A stretch of DNA of 64,000 nt, taken from positions 122,636,001 to 122,700,000 of the forward strand of contig NC_043001.1 of NCBI RefSeq assembly GCF_006345805.1, in the 5' to 3' direction. Below the pieces are notes generated by a model that had not been told where the DNA came from, ran no database searches, and saw only the letters and a list, made by a program, of their open reading frames with translations. The position numbers and the translations under genes were made by a program. Shown here one piece after another: positions 11,602 through 25,300 of this stretch. This DNA comes from Octopus sinensis (lineage: Eukaryota). Within the stretch, counting starts at the first letter, position 1; each line of letters starts with the position of its first letter.

Positions 11602-14094
11602 CTAGCAGTAATACCCGTCGTTCATCGGATAATTACTTTAACTTTTCTCTTCTCAGGAGTCACATTCAAAGTATTTTATTATATATAATAGATTTCTCAA
11701 CGGGGATTTCAGGGGAGAGTTTCAAGGAGTCGCTGGCGATGTATCGTGATGATAAAAAATCCGGCCTGCTAAAATTTGGTTAAAGTGATTCAAACTGCAG
11801 ACTCAACGCAAAATGGTCACATCTAATTCAAAGCGTTAAAAATGTTATGAAAACAATTGGTATGTGTTCACAAAGTCCAAACGATTAATACGAAAAAACC
11901 TTCCAGGCTACATCCCGAAAATTCATTTCTTTGCCGAATTTCTACAATGTTTACGGCGATTCGTTTTTATATCTTGATTTTTTATTTTTCATGCAATTTA
12001 CGCATGCTTGCACGCATGGTGAACACAGTTCAAGTCAAACAGCTGACTGAGTAAAGTTCACTATTCAATGCATGGGATAAGGCCTAAACTTTAAGTGACC
12101 CATTTTTGGTGGTTCTACGATTTGTTGGCTAGGAGATGTGCCGGGAAGTTAAACACACAAAAATCTGGATTCGACTGCAGCTTTTGAGGTGTACAAAACT
12201 CAACGAGACCGAGCCGTGAAAATTGAAAAGAAAGAACGCTTCAGTTACGAATACAAAATCGCGGCAAATGCCAGTAGCAATCCAAAAACCTTCTTTGCCC
12301 ATGTCCAGCGGAATTCCCGCTTGAACAACCAGATTGCAACGTTGGTAGACTCAACAGGCGTATCGATTGAGGACCCTTATCAACAGAATCAATTATTTGC
12401 CGAGGCTTTTTCAACTATTTTCAAACAAGATGATGGTCGTGAACCCCCTCCATTTGATAGATCGGTACCTCCAATGCTTCGATTGGTCATCACGCGGGAC
12501 GGAGTCAAACGTGTTATTCAAGGCCTCGATGTCAACAATGGTCACGGCCCTGACGGCATACACCCACGGGTTATCAAAGCGTTGGCTCCGGTCATCTGTG
12601 AGCCCTTAACACGACTATTCAATATGTCATTGGTGACGGTGTTTATACCTGCAGACTGGAGAACAGCGATAATCTGCCCAATTTTCAAGAAAGGGAGCCG
12701 CGAAGACCCGCTTAACTACCGACCGTTTTCCCTTACATCAATTATCAGCAAGATGTTCGAAACCATCCTTAAGAAAAGTATGATGCTCCACCTCCTAACA
12801 CAGCCTCTATCTCTGATTCCAACACGGCTTCGTGCCGAGAGATCATGCTTGACCAACCTACTAGTAATGGAAGAATTGGTGACGCGCATCCTCGATGATA
12901 GTGATGCTGTTGACATCGTTTTACTGGACTTTGCCAAAGCTTTTGACTCGGTAAACCACCGCCTATTGCTTGTCAAGCTTCAAGCATATAGTTTCCATCC
13001 GGATATTGTACGATGGGTTGGTGCCTTCCTCTCAGATCGCTCCTTCCAAGTCCAAGTTAATGGTTCGCGGTACGATGTCTCCAGTGCGAGCAGTGGCGTG
13101 CCTCAAGGTTCAGTGCTTGGGCCCTTGTTGTTCTTAGTCTTCATAAATGACTTGCCCGACGACCTCACGCAACACACCCTTCTATTTGCCGACGATATCA
13201 AACTGGTCGCTCCTCGCGGTAATATAGAGGATCTTCGTCGATGCCTCCACCAAATTGGAAGTGGTCTAACAATTGGGACCTGTGTCTGAACGTGTCAAAG
13301 TGCTGTCTCTGCCTGTCGGCTCTACTCCTGCAACTCAACTTGATTTCGAGCCGGATCGTCTGCTACTGGAGAGGACCGATCAGGTAAAGGACCTAGGTAT
13401 CTTGGTGGATTCCCCTTTTCGCCTTCGGCCCAGTGCGTCCATGCTGCCAACAAAGCACGCGGAATTCTGTTCTTGATTCGACGATCATTCGGAATGCTCA
13501 CAGCAGCCATATTCCTACCTCTCTATGTCACGCTGGTGAGACCCATATTGGAGTATGGGATTCAAGCCTCTTCTCCTTATCTCCTCAAAGACATACAGCA
13601 TCTCGAAAGAGTCCAGAAGCTGGCTACCCGCATGGTTCATGGCCTCAAAAATTTGTCCTACGAAGAAAGGCTGAGGACGCTCGACCTTTATTCTCTTGAA
13701 AAACGCCGCCGCCGTGGTGATCTCATTCTCGCCCACAAATCATAAGCGGAAAGTGTAACCTCTCGAAAGAGCTGTTCTTCACTCCTGCTCCAGAGCGTCG
13801 GCTGCGGGGTCATTCCAAAAAGCTCTACCTGCGACGATTTCATCTCAATCGAAGGAGAGGAGCTTTCTCCGTCCGGGTTGCGGATCCGTGGAACAAGCTG
13901 CCAGACGAGATGGTGAAGATGCCGACGACCGCTTTGTTCAAAGCCTCCCTGGACCTCAAGTGGCCTGAACTCTTTACATGAACACCACCCTGTACTTAAC
14001 TCCATGTCCCCCTACATGGCCTTGCTATTTGCTTTTGAGCCAAATTAACTAACTAACTAACACAGATACACAAATTGAGTTTTATATATATAGA
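11602..14094 (-). mobile_element. Non-autonomous Helitron split by a LINE insertion
   Basis: Minus strand begins A|TCTATATATATAAAAC (14094) and ends with hairpin CCGATGAACGACGGG..TGCTAG|T (CTAG at 11602-11605), in an AT target. Confidence 0.7.
12158..14060 (+). mobile_element. 5'-truncated LINE (CR1/Jockey group) with reverse transcriptase ORF2 remnant
   Basis: ORF 12189-13289 has GPDGI, PIFKKG..NYRPFSLTS, LDFAKAFDSV, GVPQGSVLGPLLFLVFINDL and FADD. It continues through frameshifts (13273-13476, 13473-13745: LVRPILEY..LEKRRRRGDLI). (CTAA)n tail at 14046-14060. Confidence 0.95.
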
Positions 14095-14514
14095 TATATG
14101 ACGGACTTCCCCCAAAATCCGAAAAAACGCGGTTGTAAAACCGGTTTTTCAGCCATATACCCGATTTAGTCTCTGATTCCTAACACTGAAAACTAACGAC
14201 CGCATCTCATTGTTTAGCGATCAAAGGCGTTCAAATTGTGACCATCCCGATTTTTAATATATTTTAGAATATTTGATATTTCTCTTTGTCTTTTTATTAA
14301 GTTAGGCTCACGCATGCTTTGGGTTCAGTCGCACTGTATGTCCCATTGGGTAAGCGTCTTTTATTATAGCCCAAGGCTAAGCAATGCCTTAGCTCGTCCT
14401 ATATATATATATATAAATGACGAGCTTTCATATGGTTTCCATCTACTAAATTCAATCACAAGGCATTATATAATTGATAATATATATATAATTGATAATA
14501 AATATATAATTGAT

Positions 14515-15096
14515 AATAAAACGAGTGGTTTACACCTGGTAGCTTACTAGTAAAGCACGGTCACTTTCAGAGTGATCGTTAGGTATATAACAAATGAATG
14601 ACAGAAGATGGAATATACAAGAATACATTATTAATCACAACAATTGCTTCGACACATCTAGCATCTTGTGGGACACACAAAAACTTGTTCAGGAGTATCC
14701 GGTGGTGCAGACGTATCTCGTTGGGTGATAAATAAAAAAAAAAAATCTCGTTAAAATGACAGTTCCATAATGCAACTTTTTGTTTTGTAGAGAGAAAAAT
14801 AGCCAGACGGAGGAAAATTCTTCATATATATAGAAAATCCAAAAATAACACTTTTATCGCTGGATTAAGTGTTCATTTCTCTTTTCGTTTTCTGCAATTT
14901 TATTTTTGGATCTTCTATATATATAAAGAATTTTCCTCCGTCTGGCTGTTTTTCTCTCTACAAAACGAAAAATTGCATTATGGAATTGTCATTTTAACGA
15001 AAATTTTTATTTATTTATTTATCACCCAACGAGATACGCTTGCACCACCGGATACTTTGTACAAGTTTTTGCGTGTCTCACAAGAGGAGTCGATGC
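14515..15096. mobile_element. Fold-back element (arms ~14664-14847 / ~14900-15085) in (TA)n, with a hammerhead-like fold; Penelope-like derivative
   Basis: ~185-bp inverted arms read directly. HHR topology on the minus strand at 14634-14729. Confidence 0.7.
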
Positions 15097-15108
15097 TATA
15101 TATATGTA

Positions 15109-15162
<54 letters not shown>

Positions 15163-15190
15163 TATATATATATATTATATATATATTATA

Positions 15191-15339
<149 letters not shown>

Positions 15340-16244
15340 CATATACATATATATTATGTATATGTATATATATACATATATATATATATATGTATATGTA
15401 TATATATTATATATATATATATGTGTGTGTGTGGTGTGTGTGTGTGTGTATATATGCTTATGTGTCTACTTGTCGCCCCAGCTTCGCTTGACAACCGATG
15501 CTGGTGTGTTTACGTCCCCGTAATCAAGCGGTTCGGCGAAATAGAGCGATAGAAAAAGTACTAGGCTTACAAAGAATAAATCCTGGGGTCGATTTGCTCG
15601 ACTAAAATGGCGGTGCTCCAGCATGACAGCGGTCAAATAACTGAAACGAATAAAAGAATTTATGTAGCGAATATCTTCCATGATTATGGGCCAGGATTCG
15701 AAAACTAATCTACGTTTTTCTACCTGTTCCTTTCCTTTTGTTTTCAACTTTTGCGCTTAGAAATTTATGAGGGTCAGCTGTCACACTTCGATAGGTTCTA
15801 CTGTTTAAGCTAACATCTTTGGGTTAAAGACAGACCAAAATAGATAGCCTCATTATTTTCCATTTTTCTCTGACCTACATCCAGTTTTCCAATATATATA
15901 AATGCAGTAACCAAATTCAGTTCTTCCTGCCTTCTTTCGGCACCGACAGAGGAAGCACTTTATGCAAGGGACTTCACAGCTTTTACCCACTCTGTGTAGA
16001 TTCTTTTACTCTTTTACTTCCTTTTGTTTCCACTACTCTTCTAGCAGTCAACAAAAGATGAATTTAACTTCCCATAGAATGGATAACAGAACGGCAAAAA
16101 ATTTGTATATTAACAGCTCGAGGAAAGAAGTTATATCTACATTGTAACGATTAAAATAAAGGGGCATTTCAATTAATGATAGTTCTCTTCTTTCCATTTA
16201 TTCGGTGCATATGATCGATATATATATATAACATTATCGAACAC

Positions 16245-16410
16245 CCATACGCAATGTATGTGTTTTGCTTATACTCCGCCGGTCGGCTGCGATTTGACAC
16301 GGAGGATGTGACCCTCTCAAAGTACCGCATGTTAAAACGCCTAAAAACCATAACCATAGACAAGCGAGATAACTCACTCCAAGTCCCATTAAAGAGTGAC
16401 GGATATCCAT
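16245..16410 (-). CDS. Speculative signal-peptide-encoding first exon
   Basis: Non-repetitive island encoding MDIRHSLMGLGVSYLACLWLWFLGVLTCGTLRGSHPPCQIAADRRSISKTHTLRMG, with GT dinucleotides at 16250 and 16244. Confidence 0.2.
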
Positions 16411-17229
16411 GTTTTGCCATTTCTGCGGCTTATTAACATCACGTACCTGAACCGGACCGGTGGCATATTTTATAGCCTGTCCATAGCTACATGTAAGTTG
16501 GTACAAAAACCATCTGATGGTATGCCATAGAACGATGCATACTTAGGAATAAACTGAAATATGAATTAGGAGCAGCACGAATGTTGTAAACAATATCGAA
16601 CACACATACACAATAATATATATTTTGTGTGTGTGTGTGTGTATGTATATATATATGTATATATATATACATGTATATATATATATGTATATATATATAT
16701 ATGTATATATGTATGTATATGTATATATATATATGTAACAAAGTGGAGTTGTAAGGTACCGCACGAGTGGAATTATATATGAAAGAAAGTTTGAAAATGC
16801 AATTTTAAAAGATGTGTATTTACTTGACCGGTTTCACTTTTTTTTAGAAAAAGATTGTCAAAAGTAACATGTAAAAGCTTTGTTGTGTTAGGTACTGGTT
16901 GTCACAAAATATTACAATACATATATACATTCTTTGATAATAATAAGAACATGTTAAAAATAGTTTACAAGGGAAAATCTTGGGAAAATATAAAAAAATT
17001 TGACGAGTTCATTAAAATATTGGGTGCAAAAGATTACAATACATATATACATTCTTTGATAATAATAAGAAAATGTTAAAAACAGTTTACAGAAAGAATT
17101 ATTAAAAAGTTATAAATTATAAGAAAATTATAAGTTCAAAAAGGTCACATTTTGGTGGTATATAAATGAACAATGAGGGAGATATATTTAGTTTGAACTG
17201 ACCTGATTCACCATATTATCGTAATATTA

Positions 17230-18158
17230 CCATATAACTAGAGTTAAACGAAGTTAAAAACCAGAAAAAAGAACAGAAATTATCTGACTGGAAGGAGAAG
17301 GCGTTGAATGGTAGATTCCCAAAGATAGTTGAAGCAAATAATTGTAGTGAGCCATGGTTATGGTTGCAGAACGGAAAGCTGAAAAGGGAGACAGAGAGTT
17401 TGTTAGTAGCAGCACAGAATCAAGCATTTAGGACTAATTGGATAAACGCCAAGATAGATAAAGAAACAAGTAGATTCCAAATGTAGGTTATGTAAGTCAA
17501 AAGAGAAAAGCGTTACTCATCTAGTAAATGAATGTAGCATGCTGGCGCAGAAAGAATACCAGAAAATATATGACAATCTAGGGAGAGTAATCCACTGGGA
17601 GTTATGTAGAAAGCTAAGATTTTAACATACTGATAAATGGTGTGAATATGAACCTAGTAAAGTACTAGAAAGTAAGAAATACAAGATGTTGTAGGACTTT
17701 AACATTCAGACTGACAGAGTGATAGAAGCTAGAAGGCCCGATTTAGTAGTAGTCGATAAAGAGAATAGAAAATACCAGATAATTGACTTTACAGTCCCAA
17801 ATGATGAAAAAAATCAATATGGAGAGGTCGAGAAAAAATAGCAAAATATCAGGACCAAGCTATTGAATTACAGAGATTATGGAAAGTGCGGGTAAAATGT
17901 ATCCCAGTAGTTATAGGTGCATTGGGAACTATCCATAAAGATTTGAACAGATGTCGGCTAGAGGAAATAGGCATAAAACCCAGTTTAATACAGCTCCTGA
18001 AAACAGTGTTATTAGGGACAGCTAGAATACTTATGAGGGTTCTTGGCATCTAAGGTTACTTGTTGTAGCCCCCGATGTTAGGATTTTTTCTTTTCCAACA
18101 GTCTAATCTGTTGAGTGTATATGAAAATAATAACATCAACAAGGACAACAACAACAAC

Positions 18159-18196
<38 letters not shown>

Positions 18197-18279
18197 TAAT
18201 AATAATGATAATAATAATAATAATAATAATAATGATGATGATGATGATGATGATAATGATGATGATGATAATAATAATA

Positions 18280-18312
<33 letters not shown>
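17230..18312 (+). mobile_element. R4/Dong-like (RLE) non-LTR retrotransposon 3' fragment with (AAT)n/(GAT)n tail
   Basis: Translation gives ETESLLVAAQNQAFRT, a CCHC-like knuckle region, IHWELCRK, DFNIQTDRVIEARRPDLVVVDK and IPVVIGALG. Followed by a long (AAT)n tract, the known Dong target. Confidence 0.85.
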
Positions 18313-18313
<1 letters not shown>

Positions 18314-19677
18314 CTTGGCACAAAGCCAGCAAGTTCAGGAGAGGTACTAAGTCGATTACATCGACTCCAGTGTTGAAATAATACTTAATTTAGCGACCCC
18401 GAAAGATCGACCTCGGCAGAATTTGAACCCAGAACGTAGTGAGGGGTGAAATACCGCTATAAGCATATCGTCCTGCGTGCAAACGTTTCTGACATCTTGT
18501 CACCTTAATAATAATAATAATAATAATAATAATGTGTGTATGTATGTTTCATGCCACTTGACGACCGGTTCCGTAACATAGCAGTTTAGGAAAAGAAACC
18601 GATAGTTTGTTCGGCAAAATCTTTCAAGACGATACCCCAGCATGGCTGCAGTCCAGTGAATGGAACAAGTAAAAGCCAGTACTTTTCCAGGACAACATTA
18701 GCCAGTATGTTTTTCGCGTTTGATGATTCGGTTGCTATTTCTAGCAGGTCGATACTCACCCGTTGGCTCGACCGCATCTTGTACCTGAATCAGTTATAAA
18801 AATGATATCTCAGCCAGACATCGTACGCTAGATTGACAAAGAAATAAACACCAATATACATATCTTTCTGCATCACTGGCAAAGTAAAGAAACCGATTCT
18901 AACTTGAAATCAAATCATGTCGTGTCGTCATAGCTTAGTGTTTCAATTCAGTCGTTACAAATGGATATTACATCGCCACACTCGTACAATATCGTCTTTT
19001 ACCTTCTTTTACGTGTGTCAGTCATTGGGCTGCGGCGATGCTGGGGCACCTCTTTGAAGGGTTTTACTCGAACGACCCCAGTACTCATTTTTTAAAGTGT
19101 GGTATTTATTCTATCGCTATCTTAAGCCGAACTGATATGTAAATGTGACGAAAACAAACCAACAGAGGTTGACACACACTCCACCCATACATATATACAC
19201 ACACACACACGCATGCATACACACATATATATTTCTTTACTACCCACAAGGGGCTAAACACAGAGAGAACAAACAAACGGATTAAGTCGATTATATCGAC
19301 CGTAGTGCGTAACTGGTACTTATTTAATCGACCCCGAAAGGATGAAAGGTAAAGTCGACCTCGGCGGAATTTGAACTCACAACGTAGCGGCAGGCAAAAT
19401 ACGGCTACGCATTTCGTCCGGCGTGCTAACGTCTCTGCCAGCTCGCCGCCTTATGCATACACACATATCGTGCTTCTTCAGTTCTCGTCTATCAAATTTA
19501 CTCCCAAGGCATCGGTCAGCCTGGATTATTGTAGAAGGCACTTGCCCATGGTGCCGCGTAGTGGATCTGTGCCCGAAAATACGTACTTGCAAATCGAAAT
19601 AGATCTTATTAACCACCTAACCAGCAAGGGCAAGCAAATTCTTGAGTTCAAACCCAATTCTAACATAATTGTCCAGA

Positions 19678-20075
19678 GCGCAGGAGTGGCTGTGTGGTAA
19701 GTAGCTTGCTAACCAACCATATGGTTCCGGGTTCAGTCCCACTGCGTGGCATCTTGGGCAAGTGTCTTCTTCTACAGCCCCAGGCCGACCAATGCCTTGT
19801 GAGTGGATTTGGTGGGCAGAAACTGTGAGAGGCCTGTCGTATATATGTATATATATATATATGTGTGTATTTGTGTGTCTGTGTTTGTCCCCCTAGCATT
19901 GCTTGACAACCGATGCTGGTCCCCGTCACCTAGCGGTTCGGCAAAAAGGGACCGATAGAATAAGTACTGGGCTTACAAAGAATAAGTCCCGGGGTCGATT
20001 TGCTCGACTAAAGGCGGTGCTCCAGCATGGCCGCAGTCAAATGACCGAAACAAGTAAAAGATAAAAGAAGATAAA
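19678..20075 (+). mobile_element. SINE family D with internal microsatellite (also 7828-8180, 21808-22220, 23256-23670, 39300-39585(-), 39870-40300, 45015-45445(-), and halves elsewhere)
   Basis: Head GGAGTGGCTGTGTGGTAAGTAGCTTGCT..GGTTCAGTCCC, body CTTGGGCAAGTGTCTTCT, central (TA)/(GT) tract and tail GAAACAAGTAAAAGA. Many copies. Confidence 0.9.
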
Positions 20076-20777
20076 GGTAATGATTGATACTCAGCTTGTT
20101 GATCGATGCCGCTTCTCGTGTTGTTGCTTGAACCCTGGTTAAACATGATCGAGCAGATCTATAATCAAAAGCAATCCAACCGTGACTGCACCTTTAAAAA
20201 TATCTATTACTGCATTTTCTAATGTGTCTTTCCATTTTTAAGACGGTGAGGTATATTTTGGAGGAAAATTTGGCAACTGATTCTGGTAGGTCCTGCGACT
20301 GAGAATAGGTGATTTTGTTGGCTAGCAATTTCATTGATGTTTTGGTTTGGTGTAAAAGTCTGAAATGAATTTGACTGCGTAAAGGACACAGAGAGCTTGT
20401 TCGAGTCACTCTCTTAGCAGTCGAGGAGAGATTTTGGGCGAAATACATTTATTTTTATTATGGAGGGGAAGTGCTAAGCAGTGATAAGTAAAGCCTCAAT
20501 GTTATTATCAGTCTGAATAAAGGCGGCGTGCTGGCAGAAACGTTAGCACCCCGGGCGAAATGCTTAGCGGCATTTCGTCTGCCGCTACGTTCTGAGTTCA
20601 AATTCCGCCAAGGTCGACTTTGCCTTTCATCCTTTCGGGGTCGATTAAATAAGTACCAGTTATGCACTGGGGTCGATATAATCTTCTTAATCCGTTTATC
20701 TATCGTTGTTTGTTCCCTCTGTGTGTAGCCCCTTGTGGGCAGTAAAAGAAATAATCCGCAACAGATATATTGTATTA

Positions 20778-21200
20778 TCTATTATATAAAATCCGTTCTG
20801 TGTGTGTGTGTGTGTCTTCTAGTATCTCCGGCATCCTTCATCCGATTGCGCTCAAATTTGATATGTAGATACCGACGGTATCAAGGCGTGTATAAGTCTT
20901 CAAAAAATTACAAAAATTGATTCCAGGTGAGAATGCGATCGATAAAGCCGTGGGAACGTGCATTTGTGCGCGCAAGTACATCAGCGTTGCGATCGATACT
21001 ACACGTACGCGAGAAAAATGCACGTGCAGTTTGCGCAAAAAAAGCCGGCTGGCTTCAAATAATGCCACAAAATGCATTATATTTAAGAGACCAAAAAAGT
21101 AAGATGCAAAAGAGATATTTTCTTCAAACGTGGCATGAAGGAAGGAAAGACTATTTGGTTTCTCAAGAAGTTTTTCTTTGCCTTAACTTCGTTTAACAAA
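20778..21200 (+). mobile_element. Possible Helitron-like 5' portion
   Basis: A|TCTATTATATAAAATCC then (GT)n and ATCCGATTGCGCTCAAATTTG, like small non-autonomous Helitron 5' ends. No 3' CTAG end located. Confidence 0.4.
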
Positions 21201-21986
21201 ACCAAAAATTTCATTGAAATATAGGTATGCTTAATTATTTTTTAACGAAAAGAAAACACTGATTGCTTTTTATTCAGCAGATATGATTCAGCACCGTCAA
21301 TTGGATGGGGGGAGTTTTGCTCGTTTAACCCTATACGTCTCTAAGAGATACTATATTTTAACAAATACTACTATCAATTTGGTTTTCGGTGATATATCTG
21401 CAGTAAGTTCGATACACAGATTGCTATTTTATTCATTTTGAATTGTTTGAATTTACCTGAATCCGCTATAAATTTCAATGCTGCGCTTACGTACAGATGA
21501 TGAAAGTAAAGTTTCAAAGCAACGCTAGCTTGTTTTATGCTAACAAGTATTGCATTTCATGAAGTGCCAAACAGAGAAACAAGCGTGGGACCATGTAAGA
21601 AACTTACACTTGAGACTCGTATGCGTGTACTGTGTGACACTAAATAAGATGATTCAAAATCCATTGCTGTAGCAAATGGTATTAAGAAAACAGCATATAA
21701 TTGGTAACACGGCGATCACGTGTATCGTTGATGTGTCTGTGACAAAGTCAAAACGCGAAAACGTAAACATAACGAGTCATTTGTTGTGTGGTTAAGCAAA
21801 TAACCGCCGCAGGAATGGTTGTGTGGTAAGTAGCTTGCTTACCAACCACATGGCCCCGGGTTCATTCCCACTGCGTGGTACCTTGGGCAAGTGTCTTCTA
21901 CTACAGCCTCGGGCCGACCAAAGCCTTGTGAGTGGATTTGGTAGACGGAAACTGAAAGAAGCCCGTCGTATATATGTATGTATGTA

Positions 21987-22033
<47 letters not shown>

Positions 22034-22331
22034 TTTTGTGTGTCTGTGATTTCCCCCCGATGCTGGCGTGTTTACGTCCCCATAACTTAGCGGTTCGGCA
22101 AAAGCGACCGATAGAATAAGTACTAGGCTTCCAAAGAATAAGTCCTGGGGTCGATTTGCTCGACTAAAAGGCAGTGCTCCAGCATGGCCACAGTCAAATG
22201 ACTGAAACAAGTAAAAGAATTAACATTAAGGAATCTTTGCAAGCGTTCATATTCAATGTAAGGTCTAACTGTATCGCAACAGACTATACAGCAAGTAATC
22301 TTGATGGAGGAATGGTTTCAATGAAGCAGAT

Positions 22332-25300
22332 TTCATTTACAATCAGAATAACGGTCTTTTGATTTCCAAAACAGATTATCCCCACAAACGCATGAAAATT
22401 AAACTAAATAATTAATCGATAGATAAAGGCAGCGGAAATAAGGATTGAGGAAATGATTTCATTTGGAAAATAATTAAATAATTTAATTTCCTACGAGAAT
22501 ATTTTATTTACTTCGATTTTATTTTAATTTATATTTGAAAAAGGTGTAGTAAACTGCACCATTGATATTAATTATAGGTAGATCGAGAGATAGGGAGAGA
22601 GAGAGAGGGAGAGGGAGAGGGAGAGAGAGAGAGATTACACGGCTGGAATACCCTTGGTTATGAATCTTCTCGATCGGGGTTGAGCTGGGGTGAATAAAAT
22701 CTGATGAAACAGATTTGATGATTACTCAAGAGCATCTTTTAAACATTTTTTCTCCACATCTTTTGAATTTGGAAGGGTTGCATCTTTGCACACAAAATGA
22801 TTCCATACAACTGGTCCACGCTAGGGGTAGCTGAATTTATTAAATTTTGTTATAGCATAACTGTTACACTTGAATGTTGCTCTAGAAGACTTCGTCAGAT
22901 ATTTGTGAATATTCTTTATAAATTTTTCCTCAACACATATTGGTGTAGAATTGTGATAAACTTTAAGCACTAGTCTTAAGGGAGCAGCCAAGTTTATTTC
23001 ATAAATATTTAGTATTTCATTATCAAGTATTATCGAGTGGGATCCTTTGGGAGCCTTTGATATAATCTTGACTGCACGTTCTTGTAAAGTATGAGGTTTA
23101 CTTAAATTTGACTTCTTGACACTAGTACTTTGATTCCTCATGTCGTCAATTCCATATCAACAGAGAGACAACCGATGTAAACATCAAGTTGCGATGTCTT
23201 CCTCTCTCAGAAAGTTGATATTACTCTCCTTCAAAAAAATTTCAAGAAGTCTAGACGTAGGAGTGGCTGTGTGGTAAGTAGCTTGCTTGCGAACCACATG
23301 GTTCCGGGTTCAGTCCCACTGCGTGGCACCTTAGGCAAGTGTCTTCTACTATAGCCTCGGGCCGACCAAAGCCTTGTGGGTGGATTCGGTTGTGGGAAAC
23401 TGAAAGAAGCCCGTCGTATATATGTATATATGTGTGTGTGTGTATGTGTGTGTGTGTATATGTTTGTGTGTCTGTGTTTGTCCCCCACCCAACATCACTT
23501 GACAACCGATGCTGGTGTGTTTACGTCCCCGTAACTTAGCGGTTCGGCAAAAGAGACCGATAGAATAAGTGCTAGGCTTACAAAGAATAAGTCCTGGGGT
23601 CGATTTGCTCGACTGAAGGCGGTGCTTCAGCATGACCACAGACTGAAACAAGTAAAGGAGTAAAGGAGTAAGTCTCTGCGCTACTTGTTTATTTCCTTTA
23701 TAATCTCCAACCATGCGTTGTCCATGGTGTGGATGAGATGTGAGTCAGATATATATTTGATATACTATCTCACTTGACATCCATATTGTATGGATTCAAT
23801 GCTGTTGGTGTGAGTTCAGTGGACGAGCTATATGCACATAATTCTATCTCTCCAGGTGATACAAAGGTTTTTTGGAAACACTAGGTGTTAAAGACTCCAG
23901 AACTTTAATGTGCCAATTGTTTGTCGTCGAGGTCTCACATTCATAGACGAAAGTAAAACCATGGACTATCCAATAGAGAATCTTCTCGTGATCACTGTCA
24001 AGGCTGTTTAGAAAGATTATCTGAGCCTGCCAACGAATATAGAAGCCTGTTTAATGTGGCTTAAAATCTTCCCATTGAAGACAGATGGTGAGTACGTCTA
24101 TAGTACCTGACCCCAGCAATAAAAATGGAATTTCTCCGCACCCCAGAACTTTCATAGAGATAGGCGCTTGAGCTTAATGATTGGTTTATTGTTATTCAAA
24201 GACCTGTTCTGTTATGAGCTTGTTAGTGCCTTGCTGTCTTCTGTTATTGAGAGCGGTTCTTGTCCACCATCCAATCGGACACTGATTTCTGCCAGCCTTT
24301 GCTCCTTTCTGCGTAACTAGTCATGCAGATAAGGAAGATATTCAATATTACAGGAGACAACAGGAGCAGCCTTATATACAAGGACATTCTCTCTGTATGG
24401 AAATAACGGAGAAAATTCACGAATTTTGGTGAGCAACCAAACTTATTGAGAACAACTCAGAAATTCGTTGTTTATCGTGTCAAAAGTCTTAGACAGGTTC
24501 ACAAAAGCAAGGAACAGATCCTGGTGTTGTTTCCTGTATTTCTCTTCATGCTTGTGACGAATGTCACATCGACTGCCTCGGCCTCTGCGATAGCTGCACC
24601 ATAAATACTGTAACATTTTCTAAATATTGATTGGACCAGCCTTTTTACCATAGTCTTTATCAGAACATTTCCAGCAATGAGCGGGGTTGCTGCACCCTAA
24701 ATATTGAAGAAAACAGATTCGTCTCTTTTTTATATAGGCAGTGACGATGTTATCAACCTTTCACTGTTGAGGATTATACACCTAGTTCCATAATTCTGTG
24801 TAGGTGTAAACACCCTCTTCTAAAATCTCTACAGAAATTATGTCCATCCCAGGAGATTTTTTGCACACAGTAACATTCATATTTGTAAATGTCTGTGTGG
24901 GTGCCTTTGCACATAGCCGTGTATGTAAAAATAAATTTGAATCTTCTGGTATGTATGAATGGATGGATGAACTTTGATACAATCCTTTCTTTTAGAATGT
25001 TTTGATTTAACGTTTGCTAAGATGATCGAATTTACAAGAGTTAACATGAACTTCTATTTTGTGTGTGTCGATGCGCTTTTATAGAAATATATGACTAAGT
25101 ATGTATGTACAAATTGATAAGTACATCTGTACGTTTGTATTCGTACATCTATTATGTATTATAACATTTAAACATTTGTCTTCAATATATAAACTATCTT
25201 GTTGGCAAAAAATGGGTTGTTTATAAATTTTATCTCAGCACATTTAAATGGAAACGCATTTTAAAAATTCCTTCAGACGTAAAAGATACCTCCATCTTGT

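Noticed and set aside
22740-23141. 106-aa ORF as a host exon (also 46560-46830)
   Set aside because: Resembles decayed LINE C-terminal sequence and has no splice support.
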